From: Podarcis melisellensis
Lineage: Eukaryota
DNA: 64,000 nt
NCBI GenBank assembly: GCA_964234715.1
Contig: OZ174275.1
Strand: one strand, 5' to 3'
This document shows, piece after piece, positions 24,163 to 36,700 of this stretch. The position numbers were made by a program, and so were the translations under genes. The notes under the pieces are model-generated. The model was not told the origin of the DNA. It did no database searches and saw only the letters and a list, made by a program, of their open reading frames with translations. Every line of letters begins with the position of its first letter. The stretch's first letter is position 1.

Positions 24163-26203
24163 GGTAACATGGACAACAAATCCACAGAGATAACTTATTT
24201 AGCTTTGCCTGTCTTTCTTTGAAACAGACTGGATCTGATACAGATTAGATTGCTTCTGGATGCTACAGATACAGATACTAGATGAATCTTGTGGTTCCTG
24301 CACACCCCTCTTAAATGAGGAATGCTATAATCAGAGTCACTAGAGTTACCGTATGTGACAATTACAACAGGCCACTTCATATCAAATTATTTCTCCTAGG
24401 TTGCAGTTTGTCCAAATCCCTTGTAAAATCCCAAACTCAATTCCACTAATTCTTTGTAGCAAAATAGCCATTTTGATTTTTTTTTTTAATCTTTGCCAAC
24501 TCAGACTATTTGTTTCTATGGAATACAGATTCCCAAAGAATGCAATGACTCGGTTGACACATTGCTTAAACCATGGTTTTGCATCACATGAACATACCTC
24601 ATGTTCATAAAATTCCTCCATACCCCAAATCCTGCAAATTCCTAACCAATTATCACTGAGGTTGGTGCTAGTTTGCTGTGTATGTGGGAAGAAATTGTGT
24701 GTCAAAAGTGTGCATAGTGTGCAAAATTCCATAGAAAAAAATGAGTTTATTAGGAGCAATGTAGCAAAATTGCATACGTATTTTTGTGCAAACTTCTTTT
24801 AAAAATTGCAAACGGATGTGGGTGAATTAAACTTAAGACTGAAGGAATGAGGAAATGAGAGAAACTGACAGAGACAGATTTGCCCATCCTATTGAAATTA
24901 TTTGCAAAGAACTGAATGTGATCACTGAACTCTAGTGATTCAGGTACCATTGCTGTAATCCAAATTTAAACTGTGTTAGGTTCTAAAATTTAAACACATG
25001 GCAGCTAGCTACATAGGAAATAAGCAGCTTCTCAATTGCTTAAGTTTCTAACAGGCAAAAGGCTAAGCAATGAGGAAAGTCTAAATCAGTTTTAAAGATC
25101 TGTCTCTGCTAACAAAACCACAATCTTGAGCATCATTTTGAAAGCAAATGGGGCCCTTGAATGTTTTATTTAAGGTGCATTGTTTTAGTGGAGAACCTGG
25201 CAGGCACCAGCTTTCCCTTAGCCACCTCCTTAGATTTATAAATGGCATTTATAGCATGCAGTGTCCTCTTATAGATTAAATTAATGTTATTGTAAAGAGG
25301 TTTAATACTCAAGGATATTTATGAGTCATGTTGAGAAAGAAGCTGTACTCAGTTATGATGATTAATATAATTTCCCCAAGTTCTCATGGATGAAATTGCC
25401 ACCATGTGCATATTTTCAGCAGAAAACAGATAACCATAATTCTCAAAAAAGGCAGCCATGATTGTGTTACTGATGCACCATTTGGAATTAGCAAATTACT
25501 TCTGGAATGGATAAAATATTTTCCTAGATATCATATTCTGCTCTCTGTGCATTCAAAATGTTCCCATGCAGGCAATTTGTATTTCTCTCTATTTTTCCTT
25601 CTTCTGTGTGTGCATGAAATCATATGTTTCTTTCTTTTAGTTGCTGCAAATACCAAGAAAGTAGCCCCTGAAGTCCATACTTCATAATACTGGGGATTTA
25701 GATAGCTGAAATATGATGTTCCGAAACAATATCTGACTATGGCAGGAGTTCGTAGGTTTTGAAGGTCGGAGAAGGTTACATTAAATCTTTGCTTTTTACC
25801 TATTGAAGTTCAGCCATCACTTAGAATAATATATACAAACATACAGTCAGTATCCAACCTATTTGAGGCATCATCATTTATTTAATTAGACTCAAACGAT
25901 GTGACAATTAGTTTAACAAATACAGCTCAAAGCTGTAATTTGTCTTTTCAAATTTCAGCTAACCCACTTGTATTGTCAGAGCTTGAATCTGAAGGCTACA
26001 TAAAAGACAGAGCAAAATAACACAGAATTTGATCCTGAACCCAAGTGAAATAACTGAGAAAGCAAGGTTTTCAGGGTATGCATTTTATTAGACTTCATGT
26101 GCCTTACATTTCTTTGCTTTTTTTTTTACAATGGTACATTTCCAAGGACCTTCATACAAATCCTTGCTATTTAGGCCAGTTTCTGTGTTGTAGCTTGGGA
26201 AGT

Positions 26204-26471
26204 GTAAAGGTAAAGGGACCCCTGACCATTAGGTCCAGTCATGGACGACTCTGGGGTTGCAGTGCTCATATCGCTTTACTGGTTGAGAGAGCCGGCATAC
26301 AGCTTCCGGGTCATGTGGCCGGCATGAGTAAGCCACTTCTGGAGAACCAGAACAGCGCATGGAAACGCCATTTACCTTCCCGCTGGTGTGGTACCTATTT
26401 ATCTACTTGCACTGCGTGCTTTCAAACTGCTAGGTTGGCAGGCTCAGGGACCGAGCAATGGGAGCTCACCC
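26204..26471 (-). mobile_element. Sauria SINE, 5'-truncated
   Basis: GTAAAGGTAAAGGGACCCCTGACCATTAGG...GGAGCTCACCC. Confidence 0.9.
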
Positions 26472-27293
26472 TTGCCCTGAAACATTTTCCATCCGTATCT
26501 GCTGCATTGACAAGGGTGCTATTTAGAAAGTCCAGGAAGGGGGTCATTGTCCTTTTCCCAACATGTGTTTCAGGCCCCATATGATTCTTTCTCAGACATA
26601 CTCATATTCAGAGCTGGCCCACCCTTGGGATGAGGTGAAGCAGCTGCCTCAGGTAGCGGAAGTCAAAGAGGTGGCTCTCCCATAGGCACACACAAACACC
26701 CCGCCAGCAGCAGAAAAGTGGCACTACCAACAGTTCTGGTTTCTACCAAGATCTCACCTATTTGGCTTCCCAGTTAAGGGCAACAGTGCAGAGGCAAGGC
26801 AGAACACCACGGCTCCACGTGCTCCTAGCACACTGTTTTCTAATTTATCCAGCACGTAAACCTTGCCTTCACAAATATGGAGGCAGAGAGCCAGTGTGGT
26901 GTAGTTGCTGTTTACCTGCAACCAGGTCTCCTGGTTGCAGGGCTCAGATTCAGCTAAATCACAAATAACCCCAGATTTCGGGGGCATGATTTGACATGGC
27001 TCTCCCATCAATCTCAGAATGAGAATTCTGGTCTGCATTTGTGCAGAGGTATGTGGCTGCCAAAGCATATATGGACCCTTTAAGGATTTCAGACAGCTCT
27101 CTGGGGGGGGGGGGTTGTCTAGGGCTTGTCACATTTGTGGGGATGAGACCTTGCCAGATTTCTTAAACCTTCAAATGACTCTGGTTCTCTGCTGAGATGT
27201 CTTCCCAAGTTCATTTTTCATGGTTCACTGGGAGTTGGCCAGGGTCCTGATCTGTAGTGCCATGCCTGGAGCTGAGCTGACTTGAACTGAGCT

Positions 27294-27420
27294 AGGGCTG
27301 TGATACACCTGGAATTTCCTGGACATAGCCAGGATATGTCTGTTGAAAATGGTGTCTGGGCAGAATTTCTGAAAATTGGGTAAAATTTCCTGGAAAACCT
27401 GGGCATATGGCAGCCCATGT
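27294..27420. mobile_element. Short MITE-like remnant (AGGG(C/T)TG...TATGGCAGCCC ends)
   Basis: 3' end ATATGGCAGCCC shared with the element at 54692-54926. Confidence 0.45.
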
Positions 27421-27544
27421 CAGAAGTGTTCTTTTTTTGTGGGTGATTTTCTGAAAAGATAGCTTTAAAGTTTGTGGGGCAATATGCCACATAGAGGGGA
27501 CAGTGATCACTAACACAAGCACACAAAGAAGATGGTAAGATCAA

Positions 27545-27660
27545 TGGGTGGTATTCAAATCTGTTTCACTATGAGTAAACCTATTGAAATTAACGGACCT
27601 ACTTAGTTATGTTCATTAATTTTGGTGTGTCTACTCTATTAAACTTGGTTGTATATCCCA
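27545..27660. mobile_element. Degenerate palindromic (foldback) MITE-like element
   Basis: Arms TGGGTGGTATTCAA..GAGTAAACCTATTGAAATTAACGGAC and GTTCATTAATTTTGGTGTGTCTACTC..TTGTATATCCCA are imperfect reverse complements. Confidence 0.55.
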
Positions 27661-28206
27661 AAATGTATTGGAAAGTGCCAAAGTAGGAGGCAAATGGTAG
27701 AGATGAGGCTACATAAACTAGAATATGTTCCTGCTTGCTGCAGAATCACATCCACCTTGGATACTAAGTCCACAACTCCTTGTTGTCATTGAAGGTGAAG
27801 CAGAGGAGATTCCAGAGGCCCACATATTTCAGAGGACTCCTGTTTGTCTATGAATCCACCATGGCAAAGAAGAGAGAGAACTTTTTCCTGTTGAATCAAG
27901 CTTCATTTCTCTATGCACCAAACTTTGTTTGTTACCATTTCTATCTGCAGTAGTGCAGCCAGTGAGAAGCAAAAAGTCTGCAGAAGTTCCTTCCTTCCTT
28001 TCTTTTTAAGCCCCTTTATGTTTCCCACCCATCTCACTGGAGTCCTTGTATGCAAAAAGTGCTGTGGACATTATTGCTGTTCAAAAGCTGTGTCAGGAGA
28101 CCAAGCTAGCAGCTCACTGAGCATTCATCTTGTCTTCCCTAGGAGTTGAAATTCTCTCAGAGGTCTAACTATTTTATATAATATAAATATAAATTCAAAT
28201 TTATTA

Positions 28207-28841
28207 AATTTGTATAAATTTTTATTAAAATTTTTCCATAAAAAACAATAAACAAATCCATTTATATATCACATATTTTGCCTTATTTGGACCTCCCCCA
28301 ACTTTTCTGACAATCGTTCGTATTTCAAATCTTCTCTTCACATTCCTTGGTTTTATATTGCCATTAAATATTGTATTTCTATCCTTACTTGCCTTTTGAC
28401 AATACTCCTTCTATTTTCACAAAGCTTCTTTAAAACACGCTAGCGTTGTACTGTCCTCACATATACTTTCCAAATACTCTGTAAATTTCCCCCAGTCCTC
28501 AATAAAATTCTGGTCCTTTTGGTATCTAATTTTCCCTGTTAATTTGTCTAACTCTGCGTAATCTATTAATTTTAACCTCCATTCCTCCAAGGTCGGAACC
28601 TCTTCTTGTTTCCACCTTTGGGCTAGCAGTGTCCTTGCTGCAACAATAGCATATTGAAACAGTTTACAATCTCTCCTACTGATCTCCGTTCTTGTTATTC
28701 CCAAAAGGAAGGTTTCTGGTTTTTTAGCAAAGCTATATTTTAGCATTTTCTTTAATTCATTGTATATCGTCTCCCAGAACCCCCTTACTTTTTTACAGTC
28801 CCACCACATGTGCATAAATGTACCCTCCTTCTCCTTGGAAG
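28207..28841 (-). mobile_element. L1/Tx1-type LINE 3' fragment (ORF2 C-terminus plus 3' UTR) with 18-bp TSD
   Basis: Frame KEKEGTFMHMWWDCKKVRGFW..PETFLLG..AARTLLAQRWK..W..KL..W.KF..YL (stop at 28417) resembles the L1 ORF2 CCHC/zf-RVT region; direct repeat ATAAATTCAAATTTATTA at 28189-28206 and 28842-28859. Confidence 0.85.
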
Positions 28842-29427
28842 ATAAATTCAAATTTATTAGAGAAATGTCACATATATGTGAGAAAATATTGAAAACAGAA
28901 GAGACAGAAACATATTCACCTTTGGAATGCATCATTCGCTCAGTTCTGTCTCTCTCCAACTTTTGCTCCCTTCCTCAGATGCCATTACGTAAATGCTCTC
29001 ATCCCCATACATGTGACAAGCCTTAAGCCTGGATGGGCATTTAGCTCAGACTTGTAACTGACTTCTGCTGCTCCTGTTCCTGCACTGTAGCAGCAAACAA
29101 TACATAATGCCTTCTCCTCAGCCTTGCAAAATCTAGTTATAGCACATAATGATCTCTTCTGATGGGATGCTCTGTTGGGATTAAAATTATGAATCTCTCT
29201 CTAAAGTAATTCTAGAGTTTTAGTTGGGGCTATATCTAAATAAGGCCTTCCTTCCTTAGACTCCATCAAAGCACTGGAAATTGTGCTAACATTCATAAGA
29301 ATGTTCTCTTTTGTTTGTATGGCCTTAATATATAATATCTTCATTAGTAATCACCATGAACTATTGATACCAATTAACCCAATACCTTTGAAAAGGGTTA
29401 ATCACAAGCATGATATACTAAGGACTG

Positions 29428-29675
29428 NNNNNNNNNNNNNNNNNNNNNNNNNNNNNNNNNNNNNNNNNNNNNNNNNNNNNNNNNNNNNNNNNNNNNNNNN
29501 NNNNNNNNNNNNNNNNNNNNNNNNNNNNNNNNNNNNNNNNNNNNNNNNNNNNNNNNNNNNNNNNNNNNNNNNNNNNNNNNNNNNNNNNNNNNNNNNNNNN
29601 NNNNNNNNNNNNNNNNNNNNNNNNNNNNNNNNNNNNNNNNNNNNNNNNNNNNNNNNNNNNNNNNNNNNNNNNNNN
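29428..29675. other. N gap (248 nt)
   Basis: Run of N. Confidence 1.
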
Positions 29676-30689
29676 TGGTCTCATATTTTCTCTGTGTTAT
29701 GTTGGATGCATTTTTAACTTCATTTCAAAATAAAATTCCATGATATAGGAATGGGGGGTGGGGTGGAATTAAAGGCAAATGCGTCATTGCTTTTATCACC
29801 TCTCTGCCACTATGGACCTTTTTCATCCAGGATTTCCAAGCTACTTTCTCCTTAATTGTAGTTCTTGTCAACTACCATTAGATGTGAGCAACATAAAGAC
29901 TTAAAGACATACCCTCTGGATAAAACAACAACCAAAAAGAATACGAAGCAAAAGAAGTTCACAGTTTTTCAGTGTGGACAGAATTAATCACACTTAATAA
30001 TTATGCAAAGTGATAACACTTATTATAAGATCATATAAACACGGTTAAATGAACAGTGGCAGTAACCTTTAAGAAGGAAAACAAAATTTGCCCACCCAAA
30101 ATGATGCAGAGCTAAGTGTTTCATTGGCAAGGCATTCTGAGGTGTGACAGCTTTCGAACCACTTCATCAAATTAATATTTCAACATGTCTGTTTTCTTTA
30201 TTTTCTTCAGCCTACCAGCCTACTGCACAACTTGTGGGAATAAAGCCCCCTGATTTCTGAGTGTCAACAACTGCTTTGTGTGCCATAAAAGGCACAAATG
30301 TTAATAACAACAACAACAATAACAGCAACAACAACAATAATGATTCTAGAATGGTGCTCTTCATAGAAAGAATTTGTACTGCTTTGCAGGACAAGAAATG
30401 GCTCTGCACCTAGAGCAAGCAATAGAAAAAGGATGGGGACCTTCAACAAGTTGCCCCCCAAGTCCAGCTTATCCTCTCTTGTCTCAGTTCCATGTTGTTG
30501 TTTTTCCTGTCCACACCTGCACTGATGGTGCTTCCATTTCCTTCCTTCCTGCATAGTCAGATTTTTTTTTAAAAAAATTATTATTATTTGCTGCAAGAGA
30601 AAAGTCAGAAGCAGCAGTGGAAAAACTTGGATTTTACAGTGGTGACCACATTACGATGAACCGCTTCCTAACTTAAATTTATTAGAACA

Positions 30690-30865
30690 TTTATTTTATT
30701 TTTTTATTTTGTTTATCTCTCACTTTCCCTCCAAGAAGTTCAAGGAGCTGTACATGGTTCCTCTTCATCCCCATTTCATCTGCACAACAACCCTGTGAGG
30801 TAGGTTAAGGTGAGAGTTTGTAATTGACCAAGGCCATCTTGAGCTTCTTGACTGAGTGGAGATAC
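30690..30865 (-). mobile_element. Old tRNA/CORE-type SINE fragment (MIR/Squam3-like)
   Basis: CCCCATTTCATCTGCACAACAACCCTGTGAGGTAGGTTAAGG..CCAAGGCCA is the reverse complement of the SINE core; T-rich tail on the left. Confidence 0.65.
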
Positions 30866-30931
30866 TTGCTTATGTTACAAGAGCTGCATTTACCATTGGC
30901 AGAAGTTTAGAGTAAGTAAAGTACAAATGAG

Positions 30932-31128
30932 CCTTGGCAGTAATGGCTACAGAATGGGGTTTAGACCAGGGAGACCTGGGTTCATAGCCCTATTCAACCA
31001 TGAACTGAGTCACTGATCTCCCTGTCAAGCATAACTTACTAGGCTCTGCAAGGATAAGGTGTGTGTGTGTACTATTATAGTGTTCTGAGCCCCTTGGAGG
31101 AACTGCAAAGTTTAAATGTAATAAATTA
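30932..31128 (+). mobile_element. Degenerate tRNA-derived SINE
   Basis: TAGACCAGGGAGACCTGGGTTCA (B-box region); tail TGAGCCCCTTGGAGGAA...AAATGTAATAAA. Confidence 0.5.
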
Positions 31129-32853
31129 ATTGAAATAAGAAGAATGCTGAGGTAAAATGGAAGTTCAACATGTGCATAAATGAAAACCATGGGTGTGGCT
31201 TTTTTGCCGCCATTTTGGCCTGCTCTGAGAGTTTGAGCCTTCTTTCCATTGAGAGAGCCTTGGTGGTGTTTCTCCCATTTTGTCTTAGCTGCATTGTTTG
31301 GGATCATTAAACGTATGAGGGGGTCAGATATCTATATTTTACCTTTTCTGTCAAATATTTACATGTCATCCTGAGGACCTCACCAAGGAGTTGTTGTGAT
31401 TGCTTGCCAAGAAGTATCAAGGCTCAGTATAATTGTTAGCGTTTAAAGGTTTTCCTGTTTATTTCTGCCAATATATGGCATAAACACTGTCAGTTCTGTG
31501 TAAACTCCGCAGCATGTATTATTTTCAAAGACGATAGTCAAGTAAAGCCCTAGTATTGTTGAAAACTATATTTTCAGCCAAGCCTTTGTGGTTAGTAATG
31601 CCATGTGTGAAAAATCAAGCAACTGCCTTACCATGCAGCAACTTAGCTAACTAATTAGGAATTATCCATAAAAAGCTTGGACTAGTTAGAGGCCTAGCAT
31701 GAGGACAAATTAAACAAAACCAAATACAAACCAGGGCAACTTTAACAGAAAAAAAACAACAAGAAACCCTTCAGACTAAATTAAGCAATGCAACCATAGA
31801 ATGAAATATATATCATATAAATACCAAACATGCACAGTATCATAAAATGTAAGCCACCATTCTGGGGACAGGATTTTGAGCGATGTTCAAAAAAATTTTC
31901 ATTAAAGCATCCATTTGTTTTGTCATTCGAGAACTATTTAGTCACATTACTTTCCCTGTGGAATTTTTTTCCAGATGCCAATTGACACAGTCAGAAAATT
32001 CATTCCAACTCAAGATAAATCCCTAATTCCTCTGCCAGGAATTTCTCTTGCTAAAGACAATTATTGGTCTAGAGGGGGCTCTTCCTTCCTTCTAGAAATG
32101 TAGTTCCTTCTAAGAATCCAATGTAAAATTAAATACTTCATTAAACTGACAATCTGCTGAGCCCTTCTCTAGTGTTTTTGTTGCTGTAAAGCTAACCTAA
32201 CGGGCACCGTAAACTTTTGGGATGCAAAGGTGAATGAATCATTCAGATGGATAATTTAGAGGGTGGGCTCAGTTAAAAATCAATGGGGATTTTCCTATTG
32301 ACTTCAATAGGTGAGGGACTGCATGCAGAGAGAGTGAACCGTATCATTTTAGGCTTTCTGTTTTATAGGCCGAAGATGCACTGGCTCCAGTGATATTTCC
32401 CTCCCCACCCATCACTAGCAAATGCCTCAACTTGTAGTTTGCCTCCATTTGCTGTGGGGATGGAGAATAACAGTTCCCATCTGACGGAAGGCATTTCTGG
32501 TTAGTGACTGGGATGACCTGTGAGCGTATATAATATAACTGAAGTTGTGGTATAGTTGCCAGCTGTTTGGCCAGTCACTAAAGGGTTTTAGGGACATTCT
32601 TGACAACTGAAGAGCTGTCAGGAGAGGTTTCAGAGAACCTCCCTACCATGGGAAAATAACGCATGATAGAACCCCTGGGGCTGCATGGGCTGCCCCTCCA
32701 CCACCAGCCACACTCTCCATTACCGCTACACGGACTGGCCGTGCCACCAGTGATATTCAGTGTGTGTAAGAAGGGTTCTTACACTGATTGACTGATGATT
32801 TAATTTCTATACCATCTAATATATTTAAAACATCTCTGAATATATTTAGAATA

Positions 32854-33346
32854 CAGGGCCGGATTTAGGTTTGATGAGGCCCTAAGCTACTAAAGGTAAT
32901 GGGGCCCTTTATATGTCCAGCTGTCCTTTGTCAACAACAAATTGTCGCTGTTTTTTGTGTTGAATATATGCTATATGGTAATTTATGGACCTAATAGATA
33001 TCTAAAGCCATTTGCACATAAAAAATATGTATTTTATCAAAGTAATTGTTGAACTGAAATACAATTAAGAAGAAATATATTAATAGTGAAATACAACCCT
33101 ATATATAGAAATGAGCAAACCAGTGATATTTTAGGGAGCAGGCTAGCAGGCAGGGCCCATTATTTACATCATCAGAGCCTACACAACACAAAACACTGTT
33201 GCTGTAAGTAGGTTTTATTTTATTTGTTTTTATATTATATTTTGGAAATGTACACCCAGTTCCCCCCCCTCTAATTTTTTTTGGGGGGCCCAAGAGAGTG
33301 GGGTCCAAACTATAGCTTGTCTAGCTTATACGTAAATCCAGCACTG
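32854..33346 (+). mobile_element. hAT-type MITE (493 bp)
   Basis: TIRs CAGGGCCGGATTTA / TAAATCCAGCACTG; perfect 8-bp TSD TTAGAATA (32846-32853 / 33347-33354); highly similar to 23389-23713. Confidence 0.93.
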
Positions 33347-33744
33347 TTAGAATATCTCTGAAGTGACAATCAAACAAAAACACAGTTACTTATAAAAACA
33401 TTATATTAATGCAAAGTTGAACGTGATTGTTAATCACCCCATTACTGAAGCTTTTAGATAACTCAAGTTTTTAGATAACAACCAAGAACCTCCTCCTTGG
33501 TCCACTGGTAAAAGTGGTGAGATTGACAAGTACCAGGGACAATGCCATGCTCTTGCCATATCTGGTATCACCAGCAAAGGAACCAGCCTGGGTTCCTTGC
33601 TCTGAGCCTGCTGATGATCAGCTGACCACTGAACCAGAGGCTGGTAGGTAGGATGTTAAGTATAATCGCTTAATTGACTCTGAAATGGGAATGTTTGTGT
33701 GTATTGGTGAAAGGGTATATATTCTAAATGTGATACACATTTAC

Positions 33745-33777
33745 AAATAAAATAAAATAAAATAAAATAAAATAAAA
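33745..33777 (+). repeat. (AATAA)n microsatellite
   Basis: Tandem AAATA units. Confidence 0.9.
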
Positions 33778-36700
33778 GGAAGGCTTCAGTGCTAAAACTG
33801 CTAATATTTTAATGTATTGTATTGCACCGAAAATCGTGCATAAGCCTGAGACACTTGCTACTATTTAATATTGCTGTTGGAGTGATCTGTTTTTATACAG
33901 CTAAGACACATAGTCCACAAATGCAACGCTGACATATACCCAGATGTTTGATTGATGATTTGCTATCTGATCAATAAAAAGTTATGACTGGCTTTTTAAA
34001 AAAAATGAAAGAAAACAAAGAAGAAATTAAAACAACTTAGTGGTTATACTATCACTGTGTTTACATCTTCATTTGGATTTCAAGGACGAGTTTGTAACTT
34101 TCCAAAATTGGTTTGGTAAGCTATAAATTACTTCAGGGATCAGGATTATCAGCGTTTCAAATTTCCTCTGCTGAAAAACTTCAAATACTCTGGAGTTTAT
34201 ATGCAGTGAAATAAATTGCATTCAAGTAAGGGCTGTTTCACACAGGAAAAAGCCAACTTCCATGGGACCATTTGTCCCCTGCGAAGGGGAGGCAATACAT
34301 GTGGTTTTCACGTGGGGGGGGGAGCAAATTCTAAGATGGGCTTAGCATTAAAGATAAGGTGGCCAAAGGTTTCTACTTTTTCTTTAAAAAGGAAAGCTTT
34401 GCCACCACTTAAAATGGCTGCTACTAGTCTGCCCTCGGATAGAGTTGGACAAAGCAACCCAATTTCAAACAGTTTCTGTTTCACTGGGACTGAATAATAG
34501 CCTGATTCTGTCCCATGACGTGTGGATTCTTTAAAGAAGGTTCATGCCCACATTTTGTTCATGCTTTTCCATGAAATGCACACTCGATTGGCTTTTTCAC
34601 TCTTATCCAATCCAACAAGAGTGTTTGGGCTGAATGGTGTCTTTCTTCATCTTCTTTTTACCGGTTGTATTAGAAGCATCAGCAACAGAAAGTCTGGAAC
34701 CAGGAACAGAATAAGGTGGGGCAGTTGACACTGTGAATGTGCCTGGAGAATGCTGTAAGTTATTTACTTGTAACTTTTGTTGTTGGCTTTGTACCTATAC
34801 CATTAGTTGAATGTTTTACTTTCCATATCTGATTTTGTATTATCCATGCACACATGCATAACAAGTCGTTTATGTGTCCTCTTTCATTTTTAATAATACT
34901 TTATTAAAGCTTTTCATAATACAATAAGATAAAAGAAACTAATATAATCAAAAACAGAGAGATAAAGAAAAAAAAGGAAGAGTTCTCCCTCAAAGGTAAC
35001 TCTTAACCCTTGTCACCCACAGAAAATGGTGGACCCTCCCAGCTCTCACCTGGGAGCTTTCCTTTATTCTTCCCATCTCTCACCCTGGGAGACCTTCATT
35101 TCCCTACCTCTCACTCAGGGTCCTTCCACCACCTTTCAGATCTAAAGACAATATTTAAATTTTGGGATTTGTGCATAGTAACTATTTGTGTTTTTCCTCC
35201 CTTTACCTATTTCATAAAAGGCAACTCTGTTAAACAACAAAGAACACACACACACACATTCTTCTGCCATCTAACAATGCTAATAAATGAGCACAAATAC
35301 CAAGATCTAACATTAAGAGTTTAATTGCTTCGAAGAAGAGGGATCTCTTGTCAAATTCTAGTGGAAAACAAATATAATCGGCAGCTTTCAAAGTGTGTTT
35401 GACATTGAGGAAGAAGGGAAAACAACATGGAAAAAGCAAAGAAACACACATCGACGGTCTGTCAAAAATTTTTGTTAGACATGATGCTATTATCAAGGCA
35501 CATCAGGATGAAATAAAGTGACCTAGCTGACCACAGGCTTACAAATGCCTTGGGAAGGCAAGGAAAAAACGGTGAATCAAAAGGTAGCTTTGTTGCGTGT
35601 CCCCCCCCCCCCGGCCGTCTTATTGACAGCAATGACAATGGTCCCAGGATGCACCATTATCTATGACCAGCAAGCGGACATCAAATGCTAGGGAGCTGTC
35701 TCTGTCAGAATAGAAAATGCTGCTCAAAATATACAGGGCTTGTTACATTTTGTTCAGCTAGGGTTTGTCAAAAGCCAGGGTCATACTGAGCATGCACTGC
35801 CCTGGAGGGCTTTTATTTCTTTTTTTAAGAGAGAGAGAAAAGGAAGAAGACAAGATGCACTTGAGTCTTCTCTGCTTGTTTCTCCTGGACTGGAGGCTTT
35901 GAGTCTGCGGGTGACCAAAATGTTTGGGAAATCAAAGAACAGCTTAGAAATATATATGAGAGGTTGCATATATGAGCGAGAGAATGGGCAACTCAGTAGG
36001 GTCATGCTATTTGAAACAAAGAAGTGTGGATCTTTAATTCCATATTTAGATGTCTTTTCTAGTGAAGCACTCAGCAGATTTGTAATACACACAGGTATTG
36101 CTGCTGCAAAACTGGCTTTATACTAGATAGCAAATATAGCAAAAAGCACATTCTCTTCAAATACCTGTAGTTCTTATGGCTAATTGGGGGGTTAAATATG
36201 CATATTTCAAGACTGTCTTTTGTAAGCGTGTTCACATGGACGCACGTATTTAAATATTAACTCAAACCTCTTCCAAATATACAAGGTATTTTTGTTGTTG
36301 GTGGTGGAAGATTGTGTATTTTCTGAGTGGAAGATCTGCTAGTCTCAGATTAGTGAAAGATGAAGGATATAAATTTTATAGGCCAAAGGTTCTTTCTTTG
36401 GAGTGCTTCAGTCAGTCCAGCATTTGATGAGATTGGTGATTGATGACTTTTCTGGAGGGACAGAATGAGGGTGTTTGGTGGGAAATTGTAATGCAATATT
36501 ACCCAACTTGTCTACTTTCTTGTGCAGCCACAGTGGTAGAAGCAGTATCCCTTTGGGCAACTGCTGGCCACCAGTCTCCACTTCTAGTCTCCAAAGCATG
36601 CAGCAGTACTATACAATTAAATATGGTGTCATGCAAAAGAGTAGATCTAGGGGAAGGGATAAAGGCAGTGGAGGCTTCTGAACTTCTTCAGGAGCCCCTA

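Noticed and set aside
28842-28959. N-terminal part of the 180-aa ORF 28417-28959
   Set aside because: It lies outside the TSD-bounded L1 fragment and is fortuitous read-through from the flank
34673-34715. Possible 42-nt exon (KHQQQKVWNQEQNK)
   Set aside because: Weak donor (GTGGGG) and no recognisable homology; consistent with chance
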